Shown piece after piece: positions 45,062 through 57,759 of a DNA stretch of 64,000 nucleotides. Location: the NCBI RefSeq assembly GCF_009914755.1, contig NC_060928.1; one strand, 5' to 3'. Each line of letters starts with the position of its first letter. The first letter of the stretch is position 1. Origin of the DNA: the human T2T-CHM13v2.0 reference genome, Homo sapiens. The notes under the pieces are model-generated. The model saw nothing but the letters and a program-made list of their open reading frames with translations, searched no databases and had not been told where the DNA came from. A program made the translations under genes and the position numbers.

Positions 45062-45101
<40 letters not shown>
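44897..45101. repeat. Complex (TA)n microsatellite
   Basis: Repeated TATAGTAGATACATATA(TA)n units, 28-bp palindrome 44956-44983, uninterrupted (AT)18 at 45066-45101. Confidence 0.92.
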
Positions 45102-45105
<4 letters not shown>

Positions 45106-45435
45106 TTATCTTTTTGGTTTTGTTCTTTGTCCCTTATTATAGTGCTCTTCTGGCACTGTTCAACATAACCAATTCCTATATGACTTTATAGCAAAATAAA
45201 AAATATCACCTTCCTCAAGAATTTTAAACTGAGTAAGCATATTTCAAGCAATTCTATTCCTTCCTGTGTAGGCTTTCCTTTTCATTACGAATTTTAAATA
45301 GATTGTACTCAAATGTTTATAAATTTTAGGTACATTCACCATTTGCAATTTATTTCTATATTCTTTTTTTTCTTTATGGGAAGGTTTTTATTCATAGATT
45401 CTTTTTTAATGTTTTCTTTTTTTTTCCAGAAATTC

Positions 45436-45915
45436 TTTTTATTATTATTATACTTTAAGTTTTAGGGTACATGTGCACAACGTGCAGGTTTGTTACATAT
45501 GTATACATGTGCCATGTTGGTGTGCTGCACCCATTAACCCGTCATTTAGAATTAGGTATATCTCCTAATGCTATCCCTCCCCGCTCCCCCCACCCCACCA
45601 CAGGCCCCGGTGTGTGATGTTCCCCTTCCTGTGTCCATGTGTTCTCATTGTTCAATTCCCACCTATGAGTGAGAACATGCGGTGTTTGGTTTTTTGTCCT
45701 TGCAATAGTTTGCTGAGAATGATGGTTTCCAGCTTCATCCATGTCCCTACAAAGGACATGAACTCATCCTTTTTTATGGCTGCATAGTATTCCATGGTGT
45801 GTATGTGCCACATTTTCTTAATCCAGTCTATCTTTGTTGGACATTTGGTTTGGTTGAAATTCTTTGCTATTGTGAATAGTGCCACAATAAACATACATGT
45901 GCATGTGTCTTTATA
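45436..45915 (-). mobile_element. 5'-truncated L1PA (L1PA3/4-like) 3' end
   Basis: TATACTTTAAGTTTTAGGGTACATGTGCAC.. 3'UTR and ORF2 end (IDWIKKMWHI..SLIGGN). Confidence 0.95.
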
Positions 45916-48900
45916 ACATATAGAAAGTTTCCTGTTATAATAAAATTAAGTTTAAATATAAATTAAAAACAACTTTGTGAAGAAAAATTGGAAATGCTGG
46001 AGATTAAAGGATCAATTAGAGTTAAATGCTAGAATATTTATGCCAAAGAAATATAAAGCAAACTATTGTTCCTGAGCTCCTTGTAGAACTATGGTTTTCA
46101 TACACTCTATCATATATTGCACTTATGGAAAAATTTAAACCTATTTGAAAATAAAACATTATGATGTAAATTCTAAATAATATATAAAACTTACATGCTT
46201 TGTGAAACTTTTGCTTAACATCATGAATAGTAGATGATTGTGTCACCTGAAAAGGAAAAGAAAATAGAGTTTTTTTTAAAAACTGTTAATTTGTTTTCTA
46301 TCCATTTAAGAAAAAAAAGTTTAAATATATCATAAAATTCTTACACAATAAGAATTTTTGCTTCATTTATCTTTTTAGTGATTACTATTTTGACAAGCTT
46401 GAAATGTTGCAATCAGTAACAATATAATTTTTTAAAAAAATTTGTTTGTATACAACAGTAATAGCTTTATTACATTAATTCAATCCAATTTGTATCCCTA
46501 AGATATATTTTTGAATTTTCTTTGTCCAAAATAGTCAATGTATTTTTCCACATCTCATAAAACTATCAATTAAAAATATGTCTTAATGCACAGGAATGTA
46601 AAAGAATGTATAGCAATAGTACCCGAGGATGTGAAGTTAATTTATATGGACAAATGAGAGAAATGTTTACCTCAGAATTTTATGAGACAAAAGTCACCTT
46701 AAGTCCCCTACTGACATTATTTAAATCCCCAAATAAAAGTACTAAAGGTCCATTAAAATGCATATGAGATATATTTTTTGGATTCCTTAAGTACATAGTA
46801 ATTTGATAAAATATTTGGTACTAAATTACTAAAACAAACTCTATAAATTAAAAAATGAATAAAATATTTTTTATTCATCTAAATTTAAAAATTATTGAGG
46901 ACTAAAGTTCCATGCAAATACTTCAAGCCATCGCAATACTTTTTTTTCTGAATTTGTCTCAAAAGACATTTTATGATAATTCAAGAAAATATATTTCCTT
47001 TCCCTGAATAAGCATACGATACTAGTGAAATTTATTATAATCATATGTCTACATGATTTATTTATGCTACACTAAAATCCCCTTATAACTGTTTTGAAAG
47101 GGTTAAATAAAAAATGCATAAAATGTTGGTGCATAATAGTCCATAAGAATTGTTACATTACATTTGATGTTTTATTATACACTGAAAGTATAACAACAAA
47201 TACATTTATTTTAACATATTTCGCCTTCTACTTAACAGGATTGTGACTAAGCATTCAGTATACTGTTCAGAACTTTTTTTATGATTTCCTGTGTGTATAT
47301 GATTTACTAAATAGGACAGTTATAAGATTTAAGCCCTAAAAAGTAACAGGTATTTCAATTTGTGTTATGCTATTAATAGCAAAATGATCCTAAAACATTC
47401 TGTGTATATAAAGTTATAAATATTTCATGGCAATGCTCTTCTCTGAAAGATGTTAGAAAAAAATTTAAAAACAGTTTACATAGAGAGTAATATATATTTA
47501 TATACTTGTGCATATATTTTAATTTTGGTTATTAACCTTTAATATTTAAATTTAATTTTTAAAATATTGTTTTAACAGTGTCCGTTGTTTTATCTCAATG
47601 TTTCTTATTCATTCAGCACCTTTATATGTTGCTTTCTCTGACAGAGTGGAGTAAAGGCCACGTGATATTCCCCAGAGTAACAAATATTTGTCCATTAGTC
47701 GTATCAAGGGCCATGTAATTTTAAATAAAAAATAATTTTCATAATCAATAATCCCTCGATTTGAGTTTGATATGTGTTCCTCTCACACTTTATGAGGGCA
47801 CATTATCTTGTATTATGCATTGGTTGTTTAATCTATATGGAGCTGAGGATAATGACCTAGTGTTACTTTTGTTTTGTTTTATCATGTAGTACACCACAGA
47901 GCATATAATAAGCTTTAATTAACTTTTGTAGAAGTCAAAAATAAAGCTGTGAGTGCAAACACGTAAAACCAGAGTAAGATCAAAGTTTCTTAATCTGATA
48001 TGCAAAAGCTGTATGCCATTCTCCACGCCAGAATAATGCAATAGACAAACTTCTAATTTGATATATGCTTTTTTCTTTCAATTTGCTTATTTTCAAGACT
48101 AACATTGTTTTCCTGAACGAAACCTTCATGTGGAATAGGGATGTATTATACACTCTTAACATTTCTAAAAATTTTCATTTGACTTTCACTTGTTAGAAAA
48201 GTGCTGATTTTGAATAAATTCTTGAGAACTGCCCTTTCTGCAGTAATTTTGGACAAAATAAATCAGAAAGAAATTAACTACTAAATGATTGAGACATATA
48301 TTCAATTAGCCACAGGATTGTACTTGATCTGCTCTTTTCAGTCCTTTAGTTGTACTGAAAGCACAAAGAGAGGAAAATATGATAATTAGCTGAGCATATA
48401 AGAGCTTCTGATGACTAAATTGATGTCTCAGTGGCTTCATCAGGGAGTTTAGTTATCATAACTTCCACTTTTTAGTCAGTTTTACAACATCTTAAAAAGG
48501 ATAAACTATCATCGTGATAATTTATTCATTTCCATAATTATACAGATGGGAGTTATCTGAAACCCTACATTTGAAACCTTAATATTCCCTTCATTAATGT
48601 TTCTTCCTCTTAAAAGAAAATGAATCTTAAAATAGTGAGTAGGCAAGGCAAATGATGTTAGTTAAACCAAGAATTTACTTCTAAATTTTAACTGATTATA
48701 ATTAAAATTTGAGTTATAATTACTTTATCCTACATTTAAGTTGATGAAAACAAAAAAGCTTTTTCGTTCAAGCATTTAATCTGGAATTTGTTTGAATTTG
48801 CCCAATATGCATTTACTACAGTTTTTCACAGAAACCTTTTTTTGTAATATTGCTTCTTTTTAAAACCGTATTTTAGCCACTTTCACAGTAAATTCTTAAG

Positions 48901-49306
48901 ATGAACAGCTGTCTCCAAAATACTGCTCATCCTGATTACAGCAATAAAAATTAAAGTATAAGAAAAAACAGCAACCACTTGACATTCATTTGATGGGGTT
49001 TTTGTAGTATAAAAACCTAAATTTGTCACTAAACTTTATTAAAACAAAGAACTTGTCTAAAAGTAAAAGTACAGAAATAAAACCAAAGTAAAAGATGAAC
49101 TGATATAAATAATTAGATATAGTGGTGTGAAAATGCAGACACAGATACACAGAGAAGTACAAAATGCCAAATGCAGGTTTCCTACGTAAACAGAGCTGTT
49201 TTTGAAGACACAAGGAAGAAAATTGCCGAAAGAATCACATGTTAAGCTTGATTAATTCAGGAAAATGGAAAAAAATAGGTCTGAGAATTTCCATTAGAAG
49301 ATTTTA

Positions 49307-49541
49307 GGCCAGACTTGGAGGCTCAGGCTTGTAGAATAAACACTTTTGGAAACCAAGGCAGAAGGATCACTTGAGCCCAGGGCTTCAAGACGAGCCTGGG
49401 CAACATGGCGGAAATCCCATCTCTCCAAAAGAAAAAAAAATTAGCAGGGCATGGAGGGGTGTGTCTGTAGTCTCAGCTATGCTGGAACCTGGGTAACAGA
49501 GGGAGACCCTGTCTCAAACAAACAAACAAACAAAGATAAAT
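49307..49541 (+). mobile_element. AluJ with right-arm internal deletion
   Basis: GAAGGATCACTTGAGCCCAG, GAGACCCTGTCTC, (CAAA)n tail. Confidence 0.82.
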
Positions 49542-50256
49542 AAGGTAGTAGATTAGCAAATAGAATGTATATTTGCATATTTTATTCAGAATGGACAAGG
49601 ATTTTCTCAGTAAGCAAATGTTATTTTACTAATAAGTAACCTTCAGATTGCTCAGATAAGTAGACAATCTATAGAAAATAATTTTTATACAATCAAAATG
49701 TGTTCAGTATTTTGTAGAATAGCAAGAATTTTCACTATGAATAAAATTGACAGCGCACAGTGAATCTCAAGAAATATGAGTTTTAACAAGGTTTAAATGT
49801 TTAAATTTTAACTGAATTATACTATGGTTTCTCTTCAGATCATATAAATTTTTCGCCTTTTAAATTTATCTGAATTTTATTTATCTAAGAAATTGAAATG
49901 TTTTATATTGTATCAATTTTATTTATTTATAAACTAAATTATTTAAAATTAGTTCTTTGTTAAGTAAAACTATGTATATACATATATATGTATGCATACA
50001 CACATATCCTGTTTTTGTATCATACAAAATGTTTCTTTTTATATTGCAATAACAATTTGGTTAATATCAATTATGCCGTTTCTATTGAAAAAAATGTAAA
50101 AATTAACATATAAATTGATTTTGTCAAAGTATTTACCAAAGAAAGTTTTTATCTGAATAATGCTCTTTTATATGAAAAATTTTATTTCTAGGAAATTATG
50201 TGTAAATTTTATTTAGAAGTACAGCCTAAAACATTACTGGTCTTTTATTTATGCAA

Positions 50257-50265
50257 ACACACACA

Positions 50266-50310
<45 letters not shown>
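50257..50310. repeat. (CA)n microsatellite
   Basis: About 27 units with one interruption. Confidence 0.95.
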
Positions 50311-50313
<3 letters not shown>

Positions 50314-50353
50314 ACCCTTGAACAATGCAGAGGTGCCAACCCACCATGTAGTC
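50308..50353 (+). mobile_element. Tigger2a-like DNA transposon, left end
   Basis: TIR CACTTGACCCTTGAACAA; partner piece at 57090-57497. Confidence 0.75.
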
Positions 50354-50354
50354 A

Positions 50355-53300
50355 TATTTTAAAACAATTTTTATTGATATCTAATAACTATACATATTTA
50401 CGGGGTGCATGTGCTATATTGATATGTACATGAAATGTGAAATGATCAAAACAGTATTTAGAATATCCATCACCTTAAACACTTACCATTTATTTGTGTT
50501 GGAAGCATTTCAAATCCTTTCTTCTAGCTATTTTGAAATATACAATATATGTTAATTGTTAATTATAGTCACCCTACTATGCTGTCACACAGTAGAAGCT
50601 ACTTCTGTTATCTAACTCTATGTTTCTACCCATTAACTAACCCCTCTTCATTCCTTCACTGTTGTTCCCAGCCTCTGCTAAATATTATACTCTGTACCTT
50701 CATGAGATTAACTTTTTAAAGTGTTAAACTTCTTTTTAAACCCCCACACATGAATGAGAACATGCAGTATTTGTCTTTCAATGCCTGGCGTTTTTCAGTT
50801 AATATAATGACTTCTAGTTCCATCTATGTTGCTGCAAATAGTTGATTCTATAGCTTGGTTATTGTGAATAGTGATGCAATAATCATGAGGATGCAGGTAT
50901 CCCTTTGATATACTGATTTGTTTTCCATTGGATAAATACCCAGGGTGGAAGTCTGGAATTTATAAAAATTCTATTTTTGTTTTCTGAGACACTCTCTATT
51001 GTTTTCCATAATGTCTGTACTAATTTCATTCCCACTGATAGTGTATAAGAATTTCCTTTGATCTGCAGCCTCACCAGCATTTGTTTTGCCTTTGTCTTTC
51101 CATAATAGCCATTCATACCAGGGTAAGATAATATCTAATTATAGCTTTGATTTGTATTTCCCTTATGTTAGTGATGTTGACCACTTTGTTATATATCTGT
51201 TGGCCATTTGTATGTCTTCTTTAGAGAAATATCTACTCAGATTATTTGCCCAATTTTCCATGGAATGATTTGTTTGCTTGTTTTTATGCTTCTGGGAATT
51301 GAGGTATTTTAGTTGCTTATTTAGTTCTGAATATTAGTCCCTCGTCAGAGGAATAGTGTGCAAATATTTTCTTCCACTCTTTTGCCTCTTCACTCTGTTA
51401 TTTCCTGTGTTATGCAGAAGCTGATTATTTTAATATGTTCCCATTTGTGTATTTTTGTTTTTGCTACCTATACTTTTGAGGTCTTAGTTATGAATTTTTT
51501 GCCTAATGTTCTGAATCTTTTCTCCTATGTTTTCTTTTAGTAGTTTATGGTTTGGGGTCTTAGCATATAAGTTTCCAATCAATTTTCAGTTGAGTTTTAG
51601 TGTTTGATAAAAGATGGGGTCTAATTACATTCTTCTGCATATAGATATCCAGTATTTTTAGCATCATTTATTAAAGAAGTTGTCTTTTCTTCAATGTATA
51701 TTGTTGGCATCTTTGAAGACAATCAGTTGACTATAAATGCAAGGATTTATATCTGGGTTCTATGTTCCATAGGTCTATTTCTATTCTTGTACCAATGCAA
51801 TGCTGTTTTGGTTACTATAGCTTTGAAGTATATTGTAAGTCAGGAAGTGTGATGCCTCCAGCTTTGTTTCTTTTTGCTCAGTATTGCTTTGTCTATACAC
51901 GGTCTTTTGTGGTTCCATATAGATTTTAAGATTGTTTTTCTATTTTGTAAAGAACGTCATTGGTGTTTTGATAGGGAATGTATTGAATTTGTAGATTGCT
52001 TTGGGTGGGGTGGTGTGGATATTTTAACAATATTAATTCTTCTAATCCATTAGCATCAGATGTCTTTCCATTTGTTTGTGTCCTCTTCAATTTCTTTCAT
52101 CAGAGTTTTGCAGTTTTCCTTGTAAAGTTCTTTACCCTTCCTGGTTAAATTTATTCAATTTTTTTTGGTACCTATTGTAAATGAGATAAAATTATTGATT
52201 TAGTTTTCAGCCAGTTTCTCATTGGTGTATAAAAATGCTACTGATTTTCATATGTTGATTTTGTATTCTGAAAGTTTACTGAATTTATTTATCAGTTCTA
52301 AAATATTTTTGGTGGTGTTTTCATGTTATTACATATATAAGATTATGTCATCTACAAAGGACAACTTAACTTCCACATTTCCAATTTGGATGCCCTTTTT
52401 TTTTTTCTTCTTTTTCTTTCCTGATTGCTCTGAATAGGATTTCCTGTACTATGTTGAATAAGAATGGGTATCCTTGTCTTGTTCCAGTTCTTAGATAAAA
52501 GGCTGTCGTTTTCTTCCCCATTCAGAATGATGTCAGCTGAAGGTTTGTCATATATGCCCTTTATGTTGAGGTATGTTCATTACATACCTAATTTGTTGAG
52601 AGGTTTCTTTTTTTTAATCATAAAGGGATTGTGCATTGTATTAAATGTTTTATCTGTATCTATTACAGTAATCATATGCATTTTATCCTTCAATCTGTTG
52701 ATATGATATATCATATTTATTGATTTGCATATATTGAAGTATACATTTATTCCTGGAATAAATCCTACTAAATCATAGGGTATTATCTTTTTGATGTGTT
52801 GTAAGATTTTATTTGCTAGGACTTTTCTGAAGATGTTTGTGTCTTTGTTCATCAGGAATATTGGCCTGTAGTACTATTTGCGTGTGTGTGTGTGTGCACG
52901 CAAGTGCACGTGTGTGTGGGGGGATGTGTGCATGTGTGATCATATGGTTTGGTTTCAGGATAAAGCTGGACAATGGAATGTTATGAAGAATTCCTTTCTT
53001 TTAGAATTTTTGGAATAGTATGAGAAAAATTATCATTAGTTCTTATTTACAAGTTTGATGGAATTCACCAGTATAGCAACTCAGTGCTGGGCTTTTCTTT
53101 GTTGAGAGATGTTTTATTACTGATTCAGTTTTGTTACTCATTATTGGTCTTCAAACTTTCTATTTCTTTCTGACCCAATATTAGTAGGTTGTGTACGTCC
53201 AGAGGAAATTTCTGTATATATATATATATATAATATTATGTATATATAATATATATTATGTTATATATTATATATTATATTATATTATATATTATACATT

Positions 53301-56300
53301 ATATTATATATTATATCTATATTATATATATATACACACACATACACACACACTTACACACACATACACACACACTATATAGTGTTGTTAGGTGTTTGTT
53401 GTTAGTGTATATATATTTAGAATTGTTATATCCTCTTGCTGGATTGGCCTTTTCATCATTATATAATGACCTTCTTTGTCTCTTTTTAAGTTTTTTATTT
53501 TCAAATTTAACTAACTTAGCTAATCCTGTCTTCTTTTGGTTTTCGTTTGTATGGAATATCTTTTCATCTCTTCATTTTCAGTCTATATATGTTTTTACAG
53601 ATAAAATGAGTTTCTTGTAGGCAACACATAGTTGGGTCAAGTTTGTAACCTAATCAGCCAATTTGTATCTTATAAATGAAAAATTTAATCTCTTTATATT
53701 GTAGGTTGTTATTTATAGGATACAACTTATTCCTGTGATTTTTATAACTGTTATTCTATTATTTTGTATGTCCTTTGATCCTTTCTTTTTTTTCTTACTA
53801 TCATTGCAGTTTGGTGGTTTTCTGTAGCGGTAACATTTGAGTCCCTCCCTTTCTTATTGTGTCTGCTCCACCCATGAGTTTTATACTTTTTTGTATTTTC
53901 ATGGTGGTAGATATTATCCTTTTGCTTTCAGATGTAGGACTCTCTTAAGCATTTCTTGTAGGATCAGTCTTGTGGTAATGATTTCTTTCAGTTTTTGCTT
54001 ATCTGGGAAATGCCTTATTTGTCCTTGATTTTTGGAGGATGACTTTGCTACATATGGTATTCTTGATTGTCAGTACTTTTAATACATTATCCTATTCTCT
54101 CCTGTACTTAATGGTTTCTGCTGAGAACTTAGCTGTTTGATGAAGATTCCTTTATATGTGACTTGATGCTTTTCTCTTGCTGTTTTTTTAGTATTCTCTC
54201 TGTCTTTGATTTTTGACAGTGTGATTACAACATGTCTTAAATAATATCTTTTTGGTTGGATATATTTGGGCATCTTTAAGCTCCTGTATCTGGATGTCTA
54301 TATCTTGCAAGATGGGAAATTTCAGCTATTAGTTCATTAGGTGGAGTTTCTATGCTTTTTTTTGTCTCCCTTCTGGAACACTCAAATTTTGAATATTTGG
54401 TTGCTTTATGATGCCCCATATGTCAGGCAGGCTCTCTTCATTCTTCTTTATTCTTTTCTTTTTGTCTGTCTGTGTTATTTCAAAAGACATGTCTTCAAGT
54501 TTAGAAATTCTTTCTTCTGCTTGATCTAGTCTATTGTGGAAGCTCTCCATTGTATTTTTATTTAATTAATTGAGTTCTTCAGTTTAAATCTTTTTTATTA
54601 TATCTATCTTTTTGTTAAATTTCTAATTTAGATTACAAATGTTTTTCTGATTTATTTGTATTTTTTGTGCTCTTTTATGTCTCACTAAGCTTCTTTAATA
54701 TTATCTTGAATTTATTTTTAGGGATTTCATAGATTTCTTTTTCATTGAGATCTGTTGCCAGAGAATTACTACATTTCTTGTCATGATTTCTCATTTTATC
54801 ATGTTTCTTGCCTCAATATGCTGATATCTGCAGATCTGATGTAACAGTTGCTTCTTCTAATTTTATGGATTGGCTTTCATGGCAAAAATTTTTTCCTGTA
54901 GATGTCCCTGTAGTGTTTGTTGGGCAGGGCACTTTGCCTTTGATTCTTGGTGGGTGCAGTATTGTAGTCTCTGTATGATTTATGCTGTAATCAGCATCCG
55001 TATTGTCTGTGTGGTACTCAGAGGCTTAGGCTGCACTTGTAGGTGAAGGCTGTGGTGAGGCTTTACTGGAAATTAGAACATCAGGTGGGTAATGCTTAGA
55101 CATCAGTAGTGTCAGCAGCAGGCCATGTGTGCCAGTCATTGGGTGCCCAGGTGGTGTATGCAGGCACCCAGGTGGTATATTCCAGGTAGGATGATTCTTG
55201 GGCCTCTTGGTGGCTTCTCATGTGCTTACAGTGACAGTATTCAGCTGGGTAGGCAGGTGGGTACTCAGGCCTCTTGCTTTGGGGTGTTCATGCCAGTCCT
55301 GTCTGTGGGCCAACCCTTAAGACCTCTGGTAGCATGCACAGGTGTCAGCAGTGGTGGCAACTGGATGAATGGGCCAGTCCTGAGGCCCCAAGTTGGCATA
55401 TGCAAATGAGTGCTGTTAACTGTGGAGGTGGCAGGCTGGGAGGGGCCATCCTCAGGCTTTCAAGAGGCACATGCAGGCACTGGTGGTGACAGATGGAACA
55501 AGTGAATCCTCAGAGCACTAGACAATGTGTGCAGTCATCAGTAGGCTAAGGTCCCATTCTCAGGCCCCCTAGAATGCATTTATAGGTACTGGTGGTAGTG
55601 GATGGAGGGGTCAATCCTTACACCCTTAAATGATGCATGCAAGCATTGGTAGGGGCAGTGCCAGTTTGTATGGACCTGTTCTCAGGCCCCCTGATGGTGT
55701 GCATGGACACAGGTTGTGGCTGGTTTATCTCCATACCCCTGGACATTGTATAGGGCCCTGACAGCATGAATAGGCCAGTCCCTAGCCTCCTGGAAGTTAT
55801 GCATGAATTCTTGTGGCTTCAGCCCCCTGGATAATGTGCACAGACACTGGAAAAGGTGGTCCCAGCTTGGGTGGGCCTGTCTTCAGTTCTCCCCAATGTT
55901 ATCTGCAGGCATAGGCTATGGTGGGTGAAACAGGCCTCCAAACAGTGTGCTCACATCCAGCAGTGGCAGTGGTGGGCAGTGCAGACCAGTTCCCAGGCCC
56001 ATGGATGATGCACACAGTTAATGGCCGTGGGTGGGGTGGATCTGCTGTCAGGTTTTCCTGATGGTATATGTGGGTACCAGGGACAGACAGATGGGTGGGT
56101 CAATCCTCCAGTTCCTGCACAATCCTCATAGAGGCTGGTGGCTCTGGTGACCAGGTGGGCCAGTCCTCAGGCCCCTGATAGTTCCCAGCTTATTAGCTGT
56201 GGCAGGCCAGGTGGATTGATCCTTAAGCTCCTGAACAGCATGTTTGGCCACTTGTGGAGTAGTATTGTTGTGTGAGCCAGGCCTGTCTTCAGGCCCCAGG

Positions 56301-57089
56301 ATAGTGTCCAATTTGGCCAGTCCCCAGACACCCTGGAGCATGCAGGTTTGGAGCAGCCTGTTGCTAGGGAGGTCAATGGTGCAATGTTGCAGTGGCTGCA
56401 AACAGGCAGCTCTCAGGCTTGTGGGAGTGTGTACTTTAACTCTCTTTGTCCTGGCAGCAGCCTCCCTCATGCACTACACCACCCTCCTGTTTCCTGGGAC
56501 ACAGGATACTGCATAGGCTGGGTGCTGAAGAAACATCCGAGCTGCTATGTCCATCTGGTGCCATGTTGCCATAGCTTTCTAGGTGGATATGAGGGGATGT
56601 CAGTGGGGCTCTAGGAATGTGGAGATGCAGGGGTTGTTGGGCCCCAAGGCAGGATATAATTTATTGGGGACTGAGCTCTCAAAATGGAGCAGTGCAGCAG
56701 CTAATTTGAGTCTTAAGAGATGTGTGGAACGCAATGTGAACTCCCTCTCTGGAATAATGTCATCGTGTGGACTCCAGGCAGCTCCTTATACTAGTCTTGG
56801 GGCCCATGAGGGCTGAGGGGCTATCCCAGGGCTAGGATTAGAGGAGTCCATGGTGAAAATGTGTACCATTGGGAAACTCTTGCTTACCTTTTCCCCACAC
56901 TTGGTTGGGCTTCTTGCTTTACTTTCTTCACCTTTCATGATTCAGAGCTTTCATGCCACTTTCCTGCTCAATTTCAGTGTTCTCTCCTAGATGCCCTATC
57001 CAACCTGTGATCATCTATCTGCTTTGTGATTCAATCCTTCCTTGTATAGGAAGCAAATGTCAGGTGCCTCTAGTCAGCCATCCTGAAGC
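50355..57089 (-). mobile_element. Near full-length L1MA-type element with an internal ORF2 deletion and long GC-rich 5'UTR
   Basis: L1MA-like 3' end at ~50360; ORF2 remnants ([28 protein letters not shown]); ORF1 remnants (NRLDQAEERISKLED); 5' end CTAGTCAGCCATCCTG ~57070-57085. Confidence 0.88.
53215..53380. repeat. (TA)/(TATTA)/(CA) low-complexity tract at the L1 deletion junction
   Basis: Read directly from sequence. Confidence 0.9.
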
Positions 57090-57497
57090 CCACATATAAC
57101 TTTTGATTCCCCAAAAGCTTGATTACTAATAGCTTACTGTTGACTGGAAGCCTTACCAATAACATAGAATCAATTAACACATACTGCATCTATATAATTA
57201 CAGCATTATTAACCATTATAAAGCATATAATATGTATTATATATGGTATTCTCAAAGTAAGCTAGAGAAAAGACAATATTATTAAGAAAATTATAAGGAA
57301 GAAAAATTATATTTACTGTTCATTAAGTGGAAATGGATAATCATGAAGGTCTTTATCCTCATCATCTTCATGCTAAGTAGGCTGAGGAAGAGGAAGATGA
57401 GGGTTTGGTTGTTGTCTCAGGGGTGGTAGAGGTGGAAGAAAATCCATTTATAGGTGGACCCATGCATTTCAAACCAATGGTGTTCATGAGTCAGCTG
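57090..57497 (+). mobile_element. Tigger2a-like DNA transposon, remainder
   Basis: TATAACTTTTGATTCCCCAAAA..CTGTTGACTGGAAGCCTTACC..GTAAGCTAGAGAAAAGA; right TIR TGTTCATGAGTCAGCTG followed by TA. Confidence 0.85.
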
Positions 57498-57759
57498 TAT
57501 GCATATATATATGTCAGCGTAGAGGACAAAGTACGGGAAGTGATTTTTGGATATGTAGTTTTTCCTGTGTAATTTTTCTTTTGCTTATTAGAGGATTTAT
57601 CCTTCATTGTCTTTTAAGCTCTATTTTTATGACAGATATTAATACTTATGCTGTTTTTCAAGGTTTATATTTAATTAAGAATTACTATTTCAAGCCAAAA
57701 TGGAAGCCTGTTACTCAGGCATAAATTATTAAAATCAATTTGTTTTGTTTTGCGTTATT

